A stretch of 64,000 nucleotides of DNA from Rhina ancylostomus (taxonomy: Eukaryota). This document shows positions 1 to 13,184 of the stretch, piece after piece (position 1 is the stretch's first letter; every line of letters starts with the position of its first letter). The stretch lies in the NCBI GenBank assembly GCA_030265395.1, contig JARFYF010000050.1, positions 23,786,568 through 23,850,567 on the forward strand, given 5' to 3'. The position numbers and the translations under genes were made by a program. Below the pieces are notes generated by a model that was not told where the DNA came from, searched no databases, and saw nothing but the letters and a program-made list of their open reading frames with translations.

Positions 1-335
1 CCATGGAGTAGAAAATACAAAAGCCTGAAAGCACGTACCACTAGGCTAAGGACAACTTCTCACCTGTTGTTATGAGACTATTGAATGGTTCTGTAATATG
101 ATAAGATGGACTCTTGATCTCATAGTCTACCTCATTATGACCTTGCACCTTATTGTCTATCTGCGCTGCAATTTCTCTGTAGCTGTTACACTTTATTCTG
201 CATTCTGCTATTGTTTTACCTTGTACTTTCTCAGTGCACTGTGTAATGAATTGATCTGTATGAATGGCATGCAAGACAAGTTTTTCACTGTACCTCAGTA
301 CATGTGACAATAATAATAAACCAAACCAACCAAGC
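1..335 (+). mobile_element. 3' end of Rex1/Babar-type LINE (truncated by window edge)
   Basis: ORF end RKYKSLKARTTRLRT-like, then a 3' UTR ending tttttcactgtacctcagtacatgtgacaataataataaacc. Near-identical to copies at 33.1 kb and 16.0 kb. Confidence 0.7.
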
Positions 336-516
336 CGGATAATCAGCAATGCAGAATGGCTGGGCTGTTAGGCCTGTGATTGCATTGTAAGCTCTGTTTG
401 GGAATTCCATGAGTCACTGGGGTATGTACCTGGGCTGCTGACATTGAGAATTAGTACTGAAAAAGATTACTCTTTCCAGTGAGATGAAATAAATTGATAA
501 AGGTATTGCTGAAGCA

Positions 517-628
517 TTTGCTCCCCCTCCGGCAGTGCAGATGTAGGGTCTCGACCCAAAATGTCAACTATCCATTTCCCTCCATAGATGCTGCCCGACC
601 CGCTGAGTTGCTCCAGTGCTTTGTGTGT
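517..628 (+). mobile_element. Short Penelope-derived insertion with degenerate hammerhead motif
   Basis: Shares the catttccctccatagatgctgcc..gctgagtt..ctccag terminus with the PLE copies. Flanked by a 13-bp direct repeat, tattgctgaagca (504-516) and tattgcttaagca (629-641). Confidence 0.75.
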
Positions 629-3600
629 TATTGCTTAAGCAGCGTGGGTGTCGAGGAAGAATACAGTGCTAACTGGATTTACAACATAGATAAAACTGCT
701 CATGCAGCATATTTTTAATACAGGTGCATGCAGGTGTAACTGGAGAAAGCCAACAAGAAAATAAAAAAACTGTGGATTTAAACTTGATAAAGAAAAGTTA
801 TATTAGTCTCAGAAAATTTCACAGATCAAAGAAATTCCTTTTTGGGGGGGGGATTTGGGTCAACTCCACACAACTCCACACTAATAGCAGTGATATAGAT
901 GATTGTTCCTAAGATTCTGCGTACAACACTCCCTGATTTGAAACTATCTTGCTTTGCCATCGATTCCCTGCAGCCGTATTTAGTATAGGGCTCTAAAGGG
1001 AATAAACACTGCTTGTTCCTTGTACAAGAAAACATATTTCTGAAGTATTACTGCCTGTCTAAAATTCCTCGCGTAATTAGTTTTTCTACCCTGATCAGTT
1101 TAGTTAACTTCCTGTTGCCTCACTTGCTCATTTATCAAATTCTGATTGAATAGACCTTGGAGATCTTGCTGGTCATTATCAATGCTACTCTGCTTTCAGA
1201 AATAAGGGATTAGTTTCTAGTTTCTATACAGAGGGGTAATAACAAGACAGCTCAGGCTTAGTTGCTTTTCAGCAGGAACTATTTAAGAAAATTATTTTAG
1301 AGGAGATGGATTTATTGGTGATAATGTGTTTAAGTATGTAAGTCAGAAGAATGTTGTGATTTGAATACTGATTGAATAACTAGATACAAGAATCCTTTGA
1401 ATATTGATAATATTGTTGTTTGAGGGAGAAATTGGCCTTTACCTGGTGGGTATACTATTTACATGAATTATCCTTTGACTTGGGGAAAAGTATTGCACTG
1501 CCACTCTCAAAGTATGTAACTTAAACAGTAAAAATCTGAGCTTTATAAATTACCTGGAAAACTTTATTTAGCTGTCCCAATATTTACATCTGAATTGCTT
1601 CAACGTAAACCATTAATAATGTTTGTGGGATCCACAGCATTCTGTTTCCTGGTCCAACCCACTGTCAGTTTTAAACATTTTCGGAAGTTGGTAGCGTCAG
1701 TTTATTGTGTTGTCACCATTCTATGGAATAAATTGATAATCAATAACGGTCAGCATAATTTTCAGAGGAAGGAGTTGGAATGAAAATAAATAGTGAATTC
1801 CTAAGAGGGAATACAAGTTGTGAGCAGTGCCCATGGAAAGAGACTGAACTTATGTAAGAGAATAACCAAGATTACAGAACATGGGGAGCAACAGCTGGTA
1901 GAGCAAATCTGCAAATGTGTTGATCCCAGAATTCACCCAGGAATGGAAAAATTCAGTTATGTGCTGTTTGACAAAAGTGAGGAATGAGCATTCATTTGTA
2001 TTCACTGTTTGGAATTATGGATCTACTGTGAAGAATCCACCCTTGCATCATAATGATTTGTAGGTGTTTTCAGTGAATCATTCTTTATTCCATGGGATCA
2101 GTCTTAGAGCTGTAAATTAGTCTGAAAATTCCTTACAATAGGCAGGTGGAAGCAAAACTCAGTTTCAGCATGAAAGTAAACTTCCATAATATTGTTCTGT
2201 ACAGTACTGAGAGGTTTAGATTCCAGCAACCTAATGCCCTCAGGCTGGTTCTGCATTTACCCTGTTAAATCCAATTCCATTTGTCGGATTCTGAGTCTGC
2301 TTGCCTTCCAGCACTTTAATGAAAATAAATTTGACAGCAGAAATACCTGGAGCTGGCTTTTGGAAATTTGGGTCCTAAAATATTTAATAATGAAGTTAGA
2401 TTTAGGATGCAGTTAACTGTAGGAGGCTTGTACAACTCATCTGTTATATTCTTGTCATGTAAAGGCACCTTAATATAATGAGACAGGGAAGAGTGAGTCC
2501 ATGAACTCTTATTTGGTAGAACTTCATTGCCATTCTTTTTACAACTATGTGGAATTGGAAATTTATTTTATTTGCCTCATGGTGACAATTAGTGTAAAAT
2601 GAAGCTAACTGTCCCAAGATAACAATAATGAAGTATTCAGAGTGGCTGTTCTAAATATGTAAACTTGTGGCCTTGAATCTATATCTTCCATTTGCTTGAA
2701 AATGACTTTGAATACAATATTTTTAATGCCTCTAGTCCGATGTTAAAAACCTGAATGCAAAATTAGTGGACAAAGATTGAATTGACCTGATTTGTGAACC
2801 AGTACAACATCAGTTATGGTGATTGGAGCATTTGCTGCCATACAGCTAAAGCATTAAACTTTAATGAATACTGCAGTTTTATGAAGGGAAATATTACTTG
2901 ACAAATTTGGAGTGAACAATTTAGATTTCAAATTTACCTTAATTATTCCATTTTGAGAAAATTAATGATTATGTTTCTACTAAACAGCTTTGCTGTTTTG
3001 ATTTGTCAATTGAATTTGTGCTGAATAACCTTAAAATAGATTTTAAATTGAAAATTTTTAATTATGTTTTATAGTGGTAATTACAAAAACACAAATCTAA
3101 GCGAACTGCAGTAAAAAAATTGCTTTCCGCAATGTTGCTTTCTATCATTACCAGCCTCCTAATGAATTTCTGTTCAAAACCTTTTCCCTAGGTATAATTT
3201 GCTATAATGGAGCCAATCTCTAGCCTTGCAATTTGAGTAATTTGGATTTTGGATAAAAGCTTAGGTTTCAGACCCAAACTAATGTCATTCCTGTATTTTC
3301 AATTCCAGACCAAATTGTTTTACAAATAAGGTATGCTCTGCAATTTTGTATTTGACATTAAAAACTCTACCGAGATGACCTATTGACCTATTGTATGCTA
3401 TTGTGTTGTATGTAGACTTTTTTTTACTCATTTGCAGAGCCATCACTTCCAATTGACTTGCAGCTCCTAAAGCAAAGATACATAGAAACTTACCAAGACA
3501 TACTGGCAACTGGGTCTCCTGATTTAATGCTGGTATTTTGACATGAACAGATTGAACTGTTCAGTATATCAACATGTCTTACCTTGTGTTGCAGAAAAAT

Positions 3601-5807
3601 CAACTGTTTTACGGTCCACTTATATTGACTCCCTCTACCTGCAACTCCTGTTCTCCACATCCTCCATGTTCTTATTCTTCCCATTGACCACCATTGGGTC
3701 CTTGCATTAGATGTGCACATCCAGCACAAGGAACTTAATTGTATGTACGGCAAACTGTAGCTTTTAGTTTTTGGAAACAGTTTCTACAGCTCTGACAAAT
3801 CTGCTGCTTTTATTTTCAGCACAGACAAATCACAGTATACATCAATCATTGAATGCTGTGTGACTGCTTTATTATTGCCTCCTGTTATACCAAATTTTAT
3901 ATTCTATTTTGGAGCAATGTTTTATTACTTGTAGTATAATTATTTCTTGCTTTATGCTGTTTCTTTTCAGAACACCACAGTGAAATGATGTTATGACAGT
4001 AAAGATTATATGAACCACTTTGTGCAAAACATGACTCAACTAGATTTCCTGAACTACCCACTTGAGAATTGGCTATAAAGAGGCATGTGTCATTAATTGT
4101 GACATGCCTTAATGTACCATTATAATCTAACTGCAGGCNNNNNNNNNNNNNNNNNNNNNNNNNNNNNNNNNNNNNNNNTTAGATTTTTCAGCACCTTATC
4201 CAGATCTTCCACTCTGTAATGCTTTTAGAGATGGTGATTGCATTACATGTAGCCAAATTTCCTAGGTATTCAAGTGCTCCTTTAAGTTCTTAAAAGTTTT
4301 GGGTTGGGGCATTCAAAATAATTCATTAAATTGAATCACAAATTTACTGTTGGTGTATTAAAAACGTGACCCTTGTGAAGAAATTGGAATGAATATATAG
4401 ATCTGTTGATCTACTGTTTATACTCCGAACAAGCTGTAGGCTTAAATGTACAGAGGAGGTCTGATGAGACTTGCATCAACCTACGTTGTAATGGGTTTGT
4501 CTGTCACAGATGGAACCACTTCAAGAAATTGACCAATAATTGCATTCATCAATATACAGTCTTTAATATATCCAAAAGCACTTCAAAGAGGTGAATCAAT
4601 AAATTAGACAGCAAGTCAAAATGAGGATGTTTGGATGCTGTTGGAGAAGCACTTTTTGATTTTCCAGACAAGCACACGTAATCCATAGGAGATTTACATC
4701 TTGAAGATTCCTACAAGACCTAATTAAAAATACGACCTAAACTAGGATTGACAAGTGGAAACATGTGTGTCAAAATCTCCTTTTCTAAGGAAGTAGTCTG
4801 CATCTGAGTGATGCATGTTGGCAAAGTACATTCCATTTGGATGATCATCATCTCACAGAGTCATATTAGGAACTCACTTGAAATAGAATGGTACTACAGA
4901 TACCATTTGGCCCATTCTATTTGTGTTGGGTCTTTGATGTAGCTATCAAAATTTATCTCTCTTTACTCTTTTTCCACAATCACCCTTTCTCCTTTTCAAG
5001 TATATACACCTCTACTTGCATAGCAGTAGACCATAAGGANNNNNNNNNTCATTTAGTTCACAGACTACTTGAGCTTTTACTTACAAAGAGTTATGTACAG
5101 AACGCAATGTAATTAGCTTTTACTATCTGCAGAAAAGGTTCAAATTGTTTATGTTCCATATAAATCCATTCTGAGGATATATTTAAATAAATTCGAATGG
5201 CATTACCGATGAAGTTATCGAGAAGAGCAGTTTAAGAGTCATTGCACATGAAGCAAAGAAGCTAGGGGTTACCTCATCCCTTCAAGATGATCTGGAATAG
5301 CAGGCAGTTTTGCAGTAGATACCTAGGGCCAGACGGTGCTTTATGTGGTTCAGGTCTGGTGTTAGATGGCCAAACTGATTATGACCAGATGTCCTTAAGT
5401 CAAGGCAGATCACTGGCGTCAGGGGTAGAGATGAGACAGCAGTTGACTAAATGAGATGCTTCCAAAATAATCACATTGAGGGAAGGGCCAATAGCTAACC
5501 AGTTGGGAATTTGTATTTGTATAATTTGTATACGTGTCTCCAAAGATACCTAGCTCCCTTCATCAATAGCATTTACCCCTGATTTGCTTCAGCTATATTT
5601 GGATACAGTACAACCACCTTATTTTCATTCTTCACCAGATTACCAAGGTAAGATATGTGCTTGTTAATTCATGTTGTTGATGAGTATGTATAAATCAATA
5701 TAGTGCAATTATGATTCTGCAAGATGATTAAGAGCTGTCACATTTCATGTCATGTATATTCCGAACATTTAACTTTTCTATTAACTTGTTGACTTTTNNN
5801 NNNNNNN

Positions 5808-5891
5808 AACCTGCCCTCACTGCCTTAAACAGAGCAACACATTCGACCCCTTTTTGTGCATCTCCTTGCCCATTCCCCTGCGCCAGACCAG
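5808..5891 (+). CDS. USP43: USP43-like deubiquitinase, internal coding exon A (5' end and acceptor hidden in N gap 5798-5807; true start about 5799)
   Basis: Codons from 5809 read TCPHCLKQSNTFDPFLCISLPIPLRQT plus AG, the USP catalytic-domain CxxC/FDPF segment. The CLKQ and LRQTR residues match USP43 rather than USP31 (CQKQ, LPHTR) as I recall them. Donor AG|GTATGT at 5892, phase 2. Missed by the ORF track. Confidence 0.9.
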
Positions 5892-7014
5892 GTATGTTTA
5901 ATGACTCTAATTTTAATACCATTACTTAATACTGATTATTTGTGTGTGATTTAGTGAAGATGGACAAAGTCTATATAATTTTGTTTTAATTTTTATATTT
6001 GGTAATGGCCCCTTGTATTTCCCCATTGACTATTCCTTGTTGTCTGTTTATAGGGAAGCTGATGCAATGCTTGCTTATTTTGAAGAGAAGCGTTGCATTC
6101 ATTATTACTGAAGTAGTTTTAATATAATGAGATTACTGACACTATGGCCCTTGTCTATCCAGCAAGGTGAATTTCATAGTGTGGATCAACTGAATGTTTT
6201 ACTTTATTAATTTTGTATGCATTAAATTCTCGATATCAGCAGAGCATAGGAGCACAGACTTCTTGCACATAACATAAAATTGTGGATACCACCTTTCTAC
6301 CCAATATACCTACCAAATAAATATAAGAATGTCCGATAATGTTCTATGAGCATTTAGATACAATAATAAACACTAAAATGTTTAAATACATAAAAGGAAA
6401 CAATATTAGTTGACAAATTATTTTCATTGAATGTATAGATGCTGAAAAGCAATAAGGTTTTGAAATAAGGTACAGATGTGCAAACAAAGGCTGCTCTGGC
6501 ACAGCAGGGAGCCACTTGATAGTCTGACAACTGATCACAATCTATATGGACAATTATTGGTCCCTCAATATGTACATGTGTATAGGTATGTTTCTTTGCA
6601 ATGCGGCCTCTCACCAAGTTCACAAAAACATGGATCTGCTGATAGCAAATCAGTGGATATTGAGGACCGAGTGTCAATATGTTTACATGCAGGTTGAAAT
6701 CTACAGATTTTGATCTAACCACTAGATCTTCCCTAATAGCCAGAATGTAAAGAACTTTTCATTTGTGTAGTGTCTTTTCATTCCTTGAGTGTCCCAGGGT
6801 GATTCGCATCAGTTCAGATATGCTGGCAAAGATAGCAATGCATTTGAGCACAATGGTGCTATTGAGATAAAAAGCTAGTTAATTTGCTTTGATGGCCTGG
6901 TCAGTGCACTGAATGAATTCCTGCTTTTTGTCATAATTGCAATGAGGGTTTTCACAAGAGCAGAAAAGGAGTCCATTTACTCTTTCATTAATGTCAGTGG
7001 TGGTTGAGTGTTGA

Positions 7015-8485
7015 CATTCTCATCGCTGAGCTGGTGTTCGTGGGTTCATGATCCACTCTAAAGTTGAAAGTTACAAAATCCAGGTTGACACACCGGTGGA
7101 ATGTGGAGGGAATGCTTCACCAATGAAGGTACCGACTTTTAGTTGAATGTTAATTTGAGATCCTGGTTTCCACATACAGATATGTGTAATACATCAAACA
7201 ACAAACTGCTGGAGGAACTCAGCAGGTCAAACAACATCTGTGGAGGTAGTGGGATGGTTGACGTCTTGAGTCGAGACCCTTCATCAGGACTGAGGGTGTA
7301 AAGGGGAGGTAGCCAGTATACAGAGGTGAGGGGGAGGGTTGAGGCAGGAGCTGGCAAGGGAGAGGTGGATCCAGATGTGGAGGGGTTGATGGGCAGATGG
7401 AGCCAGGGGGTTGGATGGAGTGGTGGAGATAGGAACAGAGACTGGGAGGTGATAGTGGAGATAACAAAGGGCTGCAGATTATGGAACCTGATAAGAAAGG
7501 AAGGTAGTAAATGGAACCAACTAAGGGAGGCATGCTCAGTAGAAGGGGAACAGTGCAGGGAGGAGAGGGGGCAGAGGACTGAGTTTGTGGAGTGATTGGG
7601 TGATGGGCAGACCAGGTGAGAGAGGGGAAAGAAATTGGGTAACTGTGGGCTGGTGGGGGGTGGGGAGGGAGGAGTTTGGAAAGGAAAAGATGTGCGAGAC
7701 CAGGAGAGAGAAGGCAACAGAGGGGGTGTGGGTTATCTGAAATTGGAAAGTTCACTATTCATATCATTGGGTTGTAGACTACCCAGGCAGAATATGTGTT
7801 ATTCCTCCAGTTTATGTTTGGCTTCACCCTGGCAGCGGAGGAAGGCGAGGACAGATGGGTTGGTGTGGGAGTGGGGAAGGGAGTTGAAATGCCATGCGGC
7901 CGGGAGTTCAGGATGGCCATTGCAGATGGAGGGCAGGTGCTCGGCAAAGCAGTTGCCTAGCCTGTACTTGGTCTCACTGATGTGGAGGAGGTAACCTGGT
8001 CTCCCTATGTTCCTTTCTGTCTCCTCCTAATCCACTTAGGTCCTCTCGCACACCCCTCTTCTTTCTGACCCCACCCCCTTCCCACTCCCCCTGCCAAAAT
8101 GTCAACTAGTCAACTATCCCTTTGCCTCACCGATGTTGCTCAATCCATTGAGTTTCACCAGCAGTTTGTTTTTTGCTCCTGATCCCAACCTCTGCAGTCT
8201 CTTGTGGCTCCAAGTGAAATAGATCTTGTGGTTTTATTTAGAACAGCAGGGGCAGCTTCCACTGGTGTACTGGTGTATATTTAACCTTCAATCAATACCA
8301 CAAATAAAGAGATAATTTGGGCATTATCACATTGATGTGAGAGAGCGCTTGCTGTGTGCAAATTGGCTGCCACCTTTTTCTAGATTATAACAATGACTAC
8401 CCTCAGGAAGATAATTGCACTGACAGAAAGAAACTTTGAGATGACGTGAAATTATGAAAGGCCTTTATAAACGCAAGGCTTTTTT
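7015..8485 (+). mobile_element. Deu-domain SINE (SacSINE1/AmnSINE-like) split by a Penelope insertion (SINE parts ~7015-7190 and ~8212-8485)
   Basis: tRNA-like head (gtgggttcatgatccact). Deu core gggcattatcacattg..cttgctgtgtgcaaattggctgcc..acaatgactac. Tail tgaaaggcctttataaacgcaaggcttt. Confidence 0.7.
7192..8211 (-). mobile_element. Penelope-like element 3' portion (GIY-YIG endonuclease remnant, inverted terminal segment)
   Basis: Minus strand ~7990-7740 reads LHISETKYRLGNCFAEHLPSICNGHPELPAAWHFNSP...LEE*HIFCLGSLQPNDMNSELSNFR, a PLE GIY-YIG C-terminus. Purine/pyrimidine-skewed UTR. Terminus 7195-7292 recurs inverted at ~8097-8211. Confidence 0.82.
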
Positions 8486-8861
8486 GGAAAGAAGCAACCT
8501 CTACGATTGCAGGGCCTCCTCAGCATTGCCAGCTGAGATTCTGAGCTCAATTCCTCCAATGACTTTTAATGAGTTTAAACCCCAAAATCAGCTGACCCAT
8601 TGGAAAGAGTGCAAACAACTGAGTCAAACTGCCATAAGAATGGACTAGCCTGCAAATGGAAACTCAAAGGTAATTAGCATATGTTCAGAATATAATGGTA
8701 TACTTCAACAATGGCAGCATTAATATTTGCTTTCTCTGTCTCTACCACTGCAATGCAGCTATTGTAGTTAGTCTCAAGGGCAGTAGTGCTGTTTCATTCA
8801 TATTACGGTACCTATTTGCTGAATGTGATGCTTAAATAAAATATAGGTTCAATCAATTCAG

Positions 8862-9775
8862 GGCCTTTGATTTTGGGCCATTAGTGCAGGGTTAAGAAGC
8901 ACAGAACTGCCAGACAATAAAGGACTAATTAAGGAAAGTAAGACATTTTTGCCTAGAAATTCATCTCCAGTTAGAAGTACTAAACTCACTGGGCTAGAAA
9001 TCGCATTATTGCCTTTTAGTGGGATTAAAACATCATTGTCGGTCATGCCAACATTGTTTTGTGAAAGATTGAGAACTTTGTTTCTAAGGTTCATGGAACT
9101 GCATTGTCAGGTTTCCTATTGTAATGTCACACTGAAACTGACATTGTCTCTTTCAGCATGGCATCCTGTCTTGATGCATTACAATTTCTCACAGTTATCG
9201 GAACTTAAATGCAAGTGCTGAAGCTGAGTCTTAAAGGGCCATGCCCTAATGCAAGTAACATTCTTCCAGCCATTAGGGAGCGATGTGACTCAATGAATTG
9301 ATGCTGCAGTGAGGGAAGGGGATGGGAGAGTGTTCCTAGAGCTCAGAGTTGTGGACAGGTTGGTGAAGACTATTGCTTGTAGGAGGCATGTCCTTGTTGC
9401 CAAGAGGGCCACAGATATCCTCCAGGTCTCCAGTCAAGTGCTTCTGAATAGAAGTTGTTGGTAAGGTCATGAGGGCAGTCTCTGAATGCTTGCATTTTGG
9501 AGAAACGTTCAACACAAGCATTAGAACCTGCTCCTGTGGGCTGAAAGCAAACAAGATGAAGCCTCCTTTCCTTGACTGTGAAGTCTGTGGGACTCCCCTA
9601 ATGCAGCAGCGAACAGCAAACTGTGAGATGTGGCAATAGTCAGCTTCCTAAATGATCCTGAAGCTGGGAAGCTGGCCTTGACCACTGGCAAAGCAGCTCA
9701 AACATGCAAGGCTGCATCTGGGTTGCAGAAGATCACAAATCTCAGTGAGGACAGAGAGTCATCACTGAGTTAATG
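8862..9775. mobile_element. Decayed PIF/Harbinger transposon remnant (transposase fragment on -, possible Myb/SANT partner on +)
   Basis: Minus strand 9750-9530, with frameshifts: LTEICDLLQP / ALPVVKASFPASGSF / ADYCHISQFAVRCCIRGV..RKGGFILF, resembling the N-terminal HTH region of HARBI1-like transposases. Boundaries uncertain. Confidence 0.6.
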
Positions 9776-11829
9776 CCTATGAAATTGAAAATCTTACTGA
9801 AGAATCATTTTGGGTGTTACACTATCATTGACGTTATTCAGTAGGGGAGATTTGCACTGAAAAAACAGTGCCAAGGTGGCAGAAAATCATGCTGAAGTAT
9901 CAGAATTGAATGTCTTGTTAGGGCACTATGACACTCAGAAATGTGTGCAGAACTTGAACATAAAATAAAGCTCTGATGATTTGTCACCCTGGTTACTGAG
10001 GTTGTGCCAGACCTGGGCTATTGGATGTTATGCCTATTAATACCAAACACACTTTTTTTCTTATGTTACATGGTAGTATAATGCATTTTGCAGCAAATTT
10101 GGTGAGTTAAAAGGGAGCGGGAGATCTATAAGCACTCTGGATCCTGGCACCCAACCACAAACTGACCCACGTTCCTGACCCTGTTGCTCTGGACCCCAAG
10201 TCAGGCTCGGGCTGCGCACACTGCCCACAGTCTGGAACCCAAACCTCAGCCACATGCCAGACATCCAGCTCATGTTCTGGACAAATGAGTGAGCCAAGTA
10301 CTGAACCATCAAGATTTCTGAACAATCGAATGCTGGATTATTGGAATTTGACTGTGTTTCTAACAGTTCAACTTTCTTTTTCTAGAGTTAATCAGACTAA
10401 TTTTTGGGTCCTTCTGTATTAGTGTTTGCGTGCTGTACTTAACTTTTGAAATGTGGATTCATTCACTTCAATAGGATTGAATGTTGGAACTGAAGTGGAA
10501 TGCAGAGAGCCACTTTATGGCTTATTTCAGAGGATGAATTTCTAGTCACTTGTTTTTCATAATGAGGCTAATTCACATCAAGTGCACCAGCTCAGGGGGT
10601 TCCAAAGAAATGCATGAAATATAAATGCTTTGAAATTAGAATTCACCCTCATTTGGTACATGAATTAGCTGTTGCATTTAGTCCTAACATCCAGTTGAGG
10701 GATCACTTCCAAAAAAAAAGTGAAATTAAGAAAGATTCAGTTTTTAAAAAATGTGTTAAGATGGTTTACAAATTGATTGTTGCATTAAAGCACAACCTAC
10801 ACACCTCCCATTCACCACTGCATGCAAAGTCCACAGTTGCTGCGTCACTGCCACCGGATGTTATGGGAAGCAGGTCTCTGCCTTAAAAAAAATCTTTCTT
10901 CATGACAGCCACAGTCGNNNNNNNNNNNNNNNNNNNNNNNNNNNNNNNNNNNNNNNNNNNNNNNNNNNNNNNNNNNNNNNNNNNNNNNNNNCCCCAACAC
11001 AAACTTCTCACACCCCCCACTGCCCACTACCATAATGGTAATGTGGATAGAGTTCCCTGCCATGAATGGCCCCAAGCTACTATAAGGCACAAGCTCATCA
11101 CTGTACAGAGACAGCAGCGTATAATTGTGCTATGTAAACTGCAGTTCGCACTGTGAATCCCAGCAATGATGTGTGAGATGTTCAGAGCATTAATAACAGG
11201 CAGATAGATGAAGACAACAGCACATCAATGCTCCAGTCAGGATCCTTTCATTTCTTGCTGACTTGCTGTGGGGTTTGAGCCTGAATGTAATCAACAAGAA
11301 TGGGGCTTCAACTCCAGGTGTGCTGAACTCCTTTGATTTAAGGGCCCAGGTATTATGATGCTCCTTAAAGGAATTTTGATGCTACCCTTCATCAGACCTG
11401 CATTTTCAGTGATGACATTCTCTGGTGAAAAGAATAATTCCCCAACCTGGATAAATTAAATATCTTCATTGGAAGAGATGCAAGGTTGGTTTAGCATCAA
11501 GTGACCACTGTTCATGTGCATATAGACCTCTTTTCCTCTGACTGTCAGTTGTTTGAAGATGGGTTTTAGTATCTCATTTGGCATGGTGGACAATCTATTT
11601 TATCTGGTTGCCTCTAAAAATATTGAGGAGGGTATGAGGGGCTGTCTCTCATAGGCGCATCTGTAAAATAAATGGGATTTCAAATGTTTGTGCCTGAACT
11701 TGTTTGTTCTCACCAGAGAGCTTTGGTTGGCTTGGTGTTCTTAATCACTGCAATATGAAATTTTTACAGTAGATTTCATGTCCCTTGTCATACCAGGTTG
11801 GTATCTTTATTCCATTCTTTGCAGACTTG

Positions 11830-12610
11830 TGCATTGTTTGTCCAGATATTGGTATGTTAGACCACATCTGGGCATTCTAAGCAGGTCTCATCATTATACC
11901 AGAATGAAACCCAGACTTTAGCAGCTAATTTAAAAGCAGTGATTATAGAAACTAGGGTTTTGGTCCAGGAATTTCATCAGACATATTGTGGGAAGCTGGT
12001 ATGTTATGTAGTGAGAAACTATTTTTGCTAGCTGGCATGTCTCAGTCTAGAAACCTTGTCTAATACTGAGATCTTTAAGTAGTAAAATTAAGAAACACAT
12101 ACAAAAGGTGTTAATATCTTTGAATTCTTCCAGAAATGGTATTCATGCTGGCTGAGTAGTTAATTTTAAATCAGATTGTGATATATTTTTGTCAGGCATT
12201 TGGGGATAAGCTAGGTATATGGAGATATTGGATCATGGAGAGGTACAGCACGGAAACAGACCATTAAGCTGACTGAGTCTATGCTGACCATCAGTTGCCC
12301 ATTTACACCAATCCTACATTCTCATCAACTCTCAACCCTGAGGTTCTCCCACTCACAGGCACACTTGGGTGATTTACAGTGCCAATTAACCTACCCACCA
12401 TCATGTCTTTGGGACGTGGAAAGAAACCCACACGGTCTCAGGGAGAACCCCAAAGAGATAGCACTTGAGGTCAGGATTGAGTCCGGGTCCCTTGCATTGT
12501 AGCCAGTGGCTCTACCAGCTGTGTCTCTGTGCTGCCCAGTGTCAAATTAGCTACAATCTCAAATTGGGGAACAGGTCTGAGAGGCTAAATTGTCTTTGCC
12601 TATTTTATCT
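11830..12610 (+). mobile_element. Old CR1 LINE 3' fragment, interrupted by a SINE
   Basis: Decayed CR1 3' motifs (gtgagaaactattttt, gtctagaaac, taattttaaatcagattg) and tail acaggtctgagaggctaaattgtctttgcct resuming after the SINE. Confidence 0.5.
12228..12538 (-). mobile_element. V-SINE (HE1-like) with CR1-derived tail
   Basis: Reverse complement shows a tRNA head (gggcagcacag..gctggtagagcc..gacccggactcaatcctgacctc), the V-domain (ttccacgtcccaaagacatg) and a CR1-like tail (ggtctgtttccgtgctgtacctc). Confidence 0.75.
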
Positions 12611-13184
12611 TCTGATATATTTTGTGCTGTAAACTAGCTATTCGGGTATCAATAGGTAAAGTAAAACTTTCATACATAAAATCGTAGATTAACTTCAAAG
12701 ATGCCTCTGATTCCACCTTCAAAGGAATCACTCAGAGCAGCTGCTAAGCATCTACTTCTCACTGATCGTTAGATCTGTGTTTAAGGATTTTGTATGGTTT
12801 ACTATATCCTTCTTCAAAGTCAGACACAGGGTGAAATCATAGTAATTGTCATCTGTTTTCTGTTAGTGTATGTTTAATCCCTTCATAGGTGAAGTATAAA
12901 CAACTGTATTTCAAGGATCGTCATTCTGATCATCATTCTAGCCGTTTTCTTTGAAATGTACTTCACGTTGTATCTGCGTTTATTCCCACTATACTTCTCG
13001 GAATTAGAGTGCATGGACTTCACTGGCTCTTCTGATGAGGTGACTTAGGTTCCTCTTCAGCTCCTGTCATCAAAAAGAATGCAAGAGAGCTGCCAGGCCC
13101 AGATGATTATTCAGCTCTGGAACAGATGAAGCAGCAATTTACTTGTACTACTTCCAATATAGAATATTCCCTTCAATGCTTTAT

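Noticed and set aside
5630-5655. AAG|GTAAGA donor just upstream of exon A as the preceding USP43 exon
   Set aside because: Upstream sequence does not encode the expected FQAQYR-like end. The preceding exon is probably outside the window.
7139-7755. 192-aa and 178-aa Pro/Ser/Leu-rich ORFs
   Set aside because: Translations of the pyrimidine-rich Penelope UTR; compositional artefact.
10080-10356. GC-richer segment ending in a Tigger-like terminus (tgctggattattggaatttgactg)
   Set aside because: No matching left TIR or TSD found, so it could not be supported as an element.
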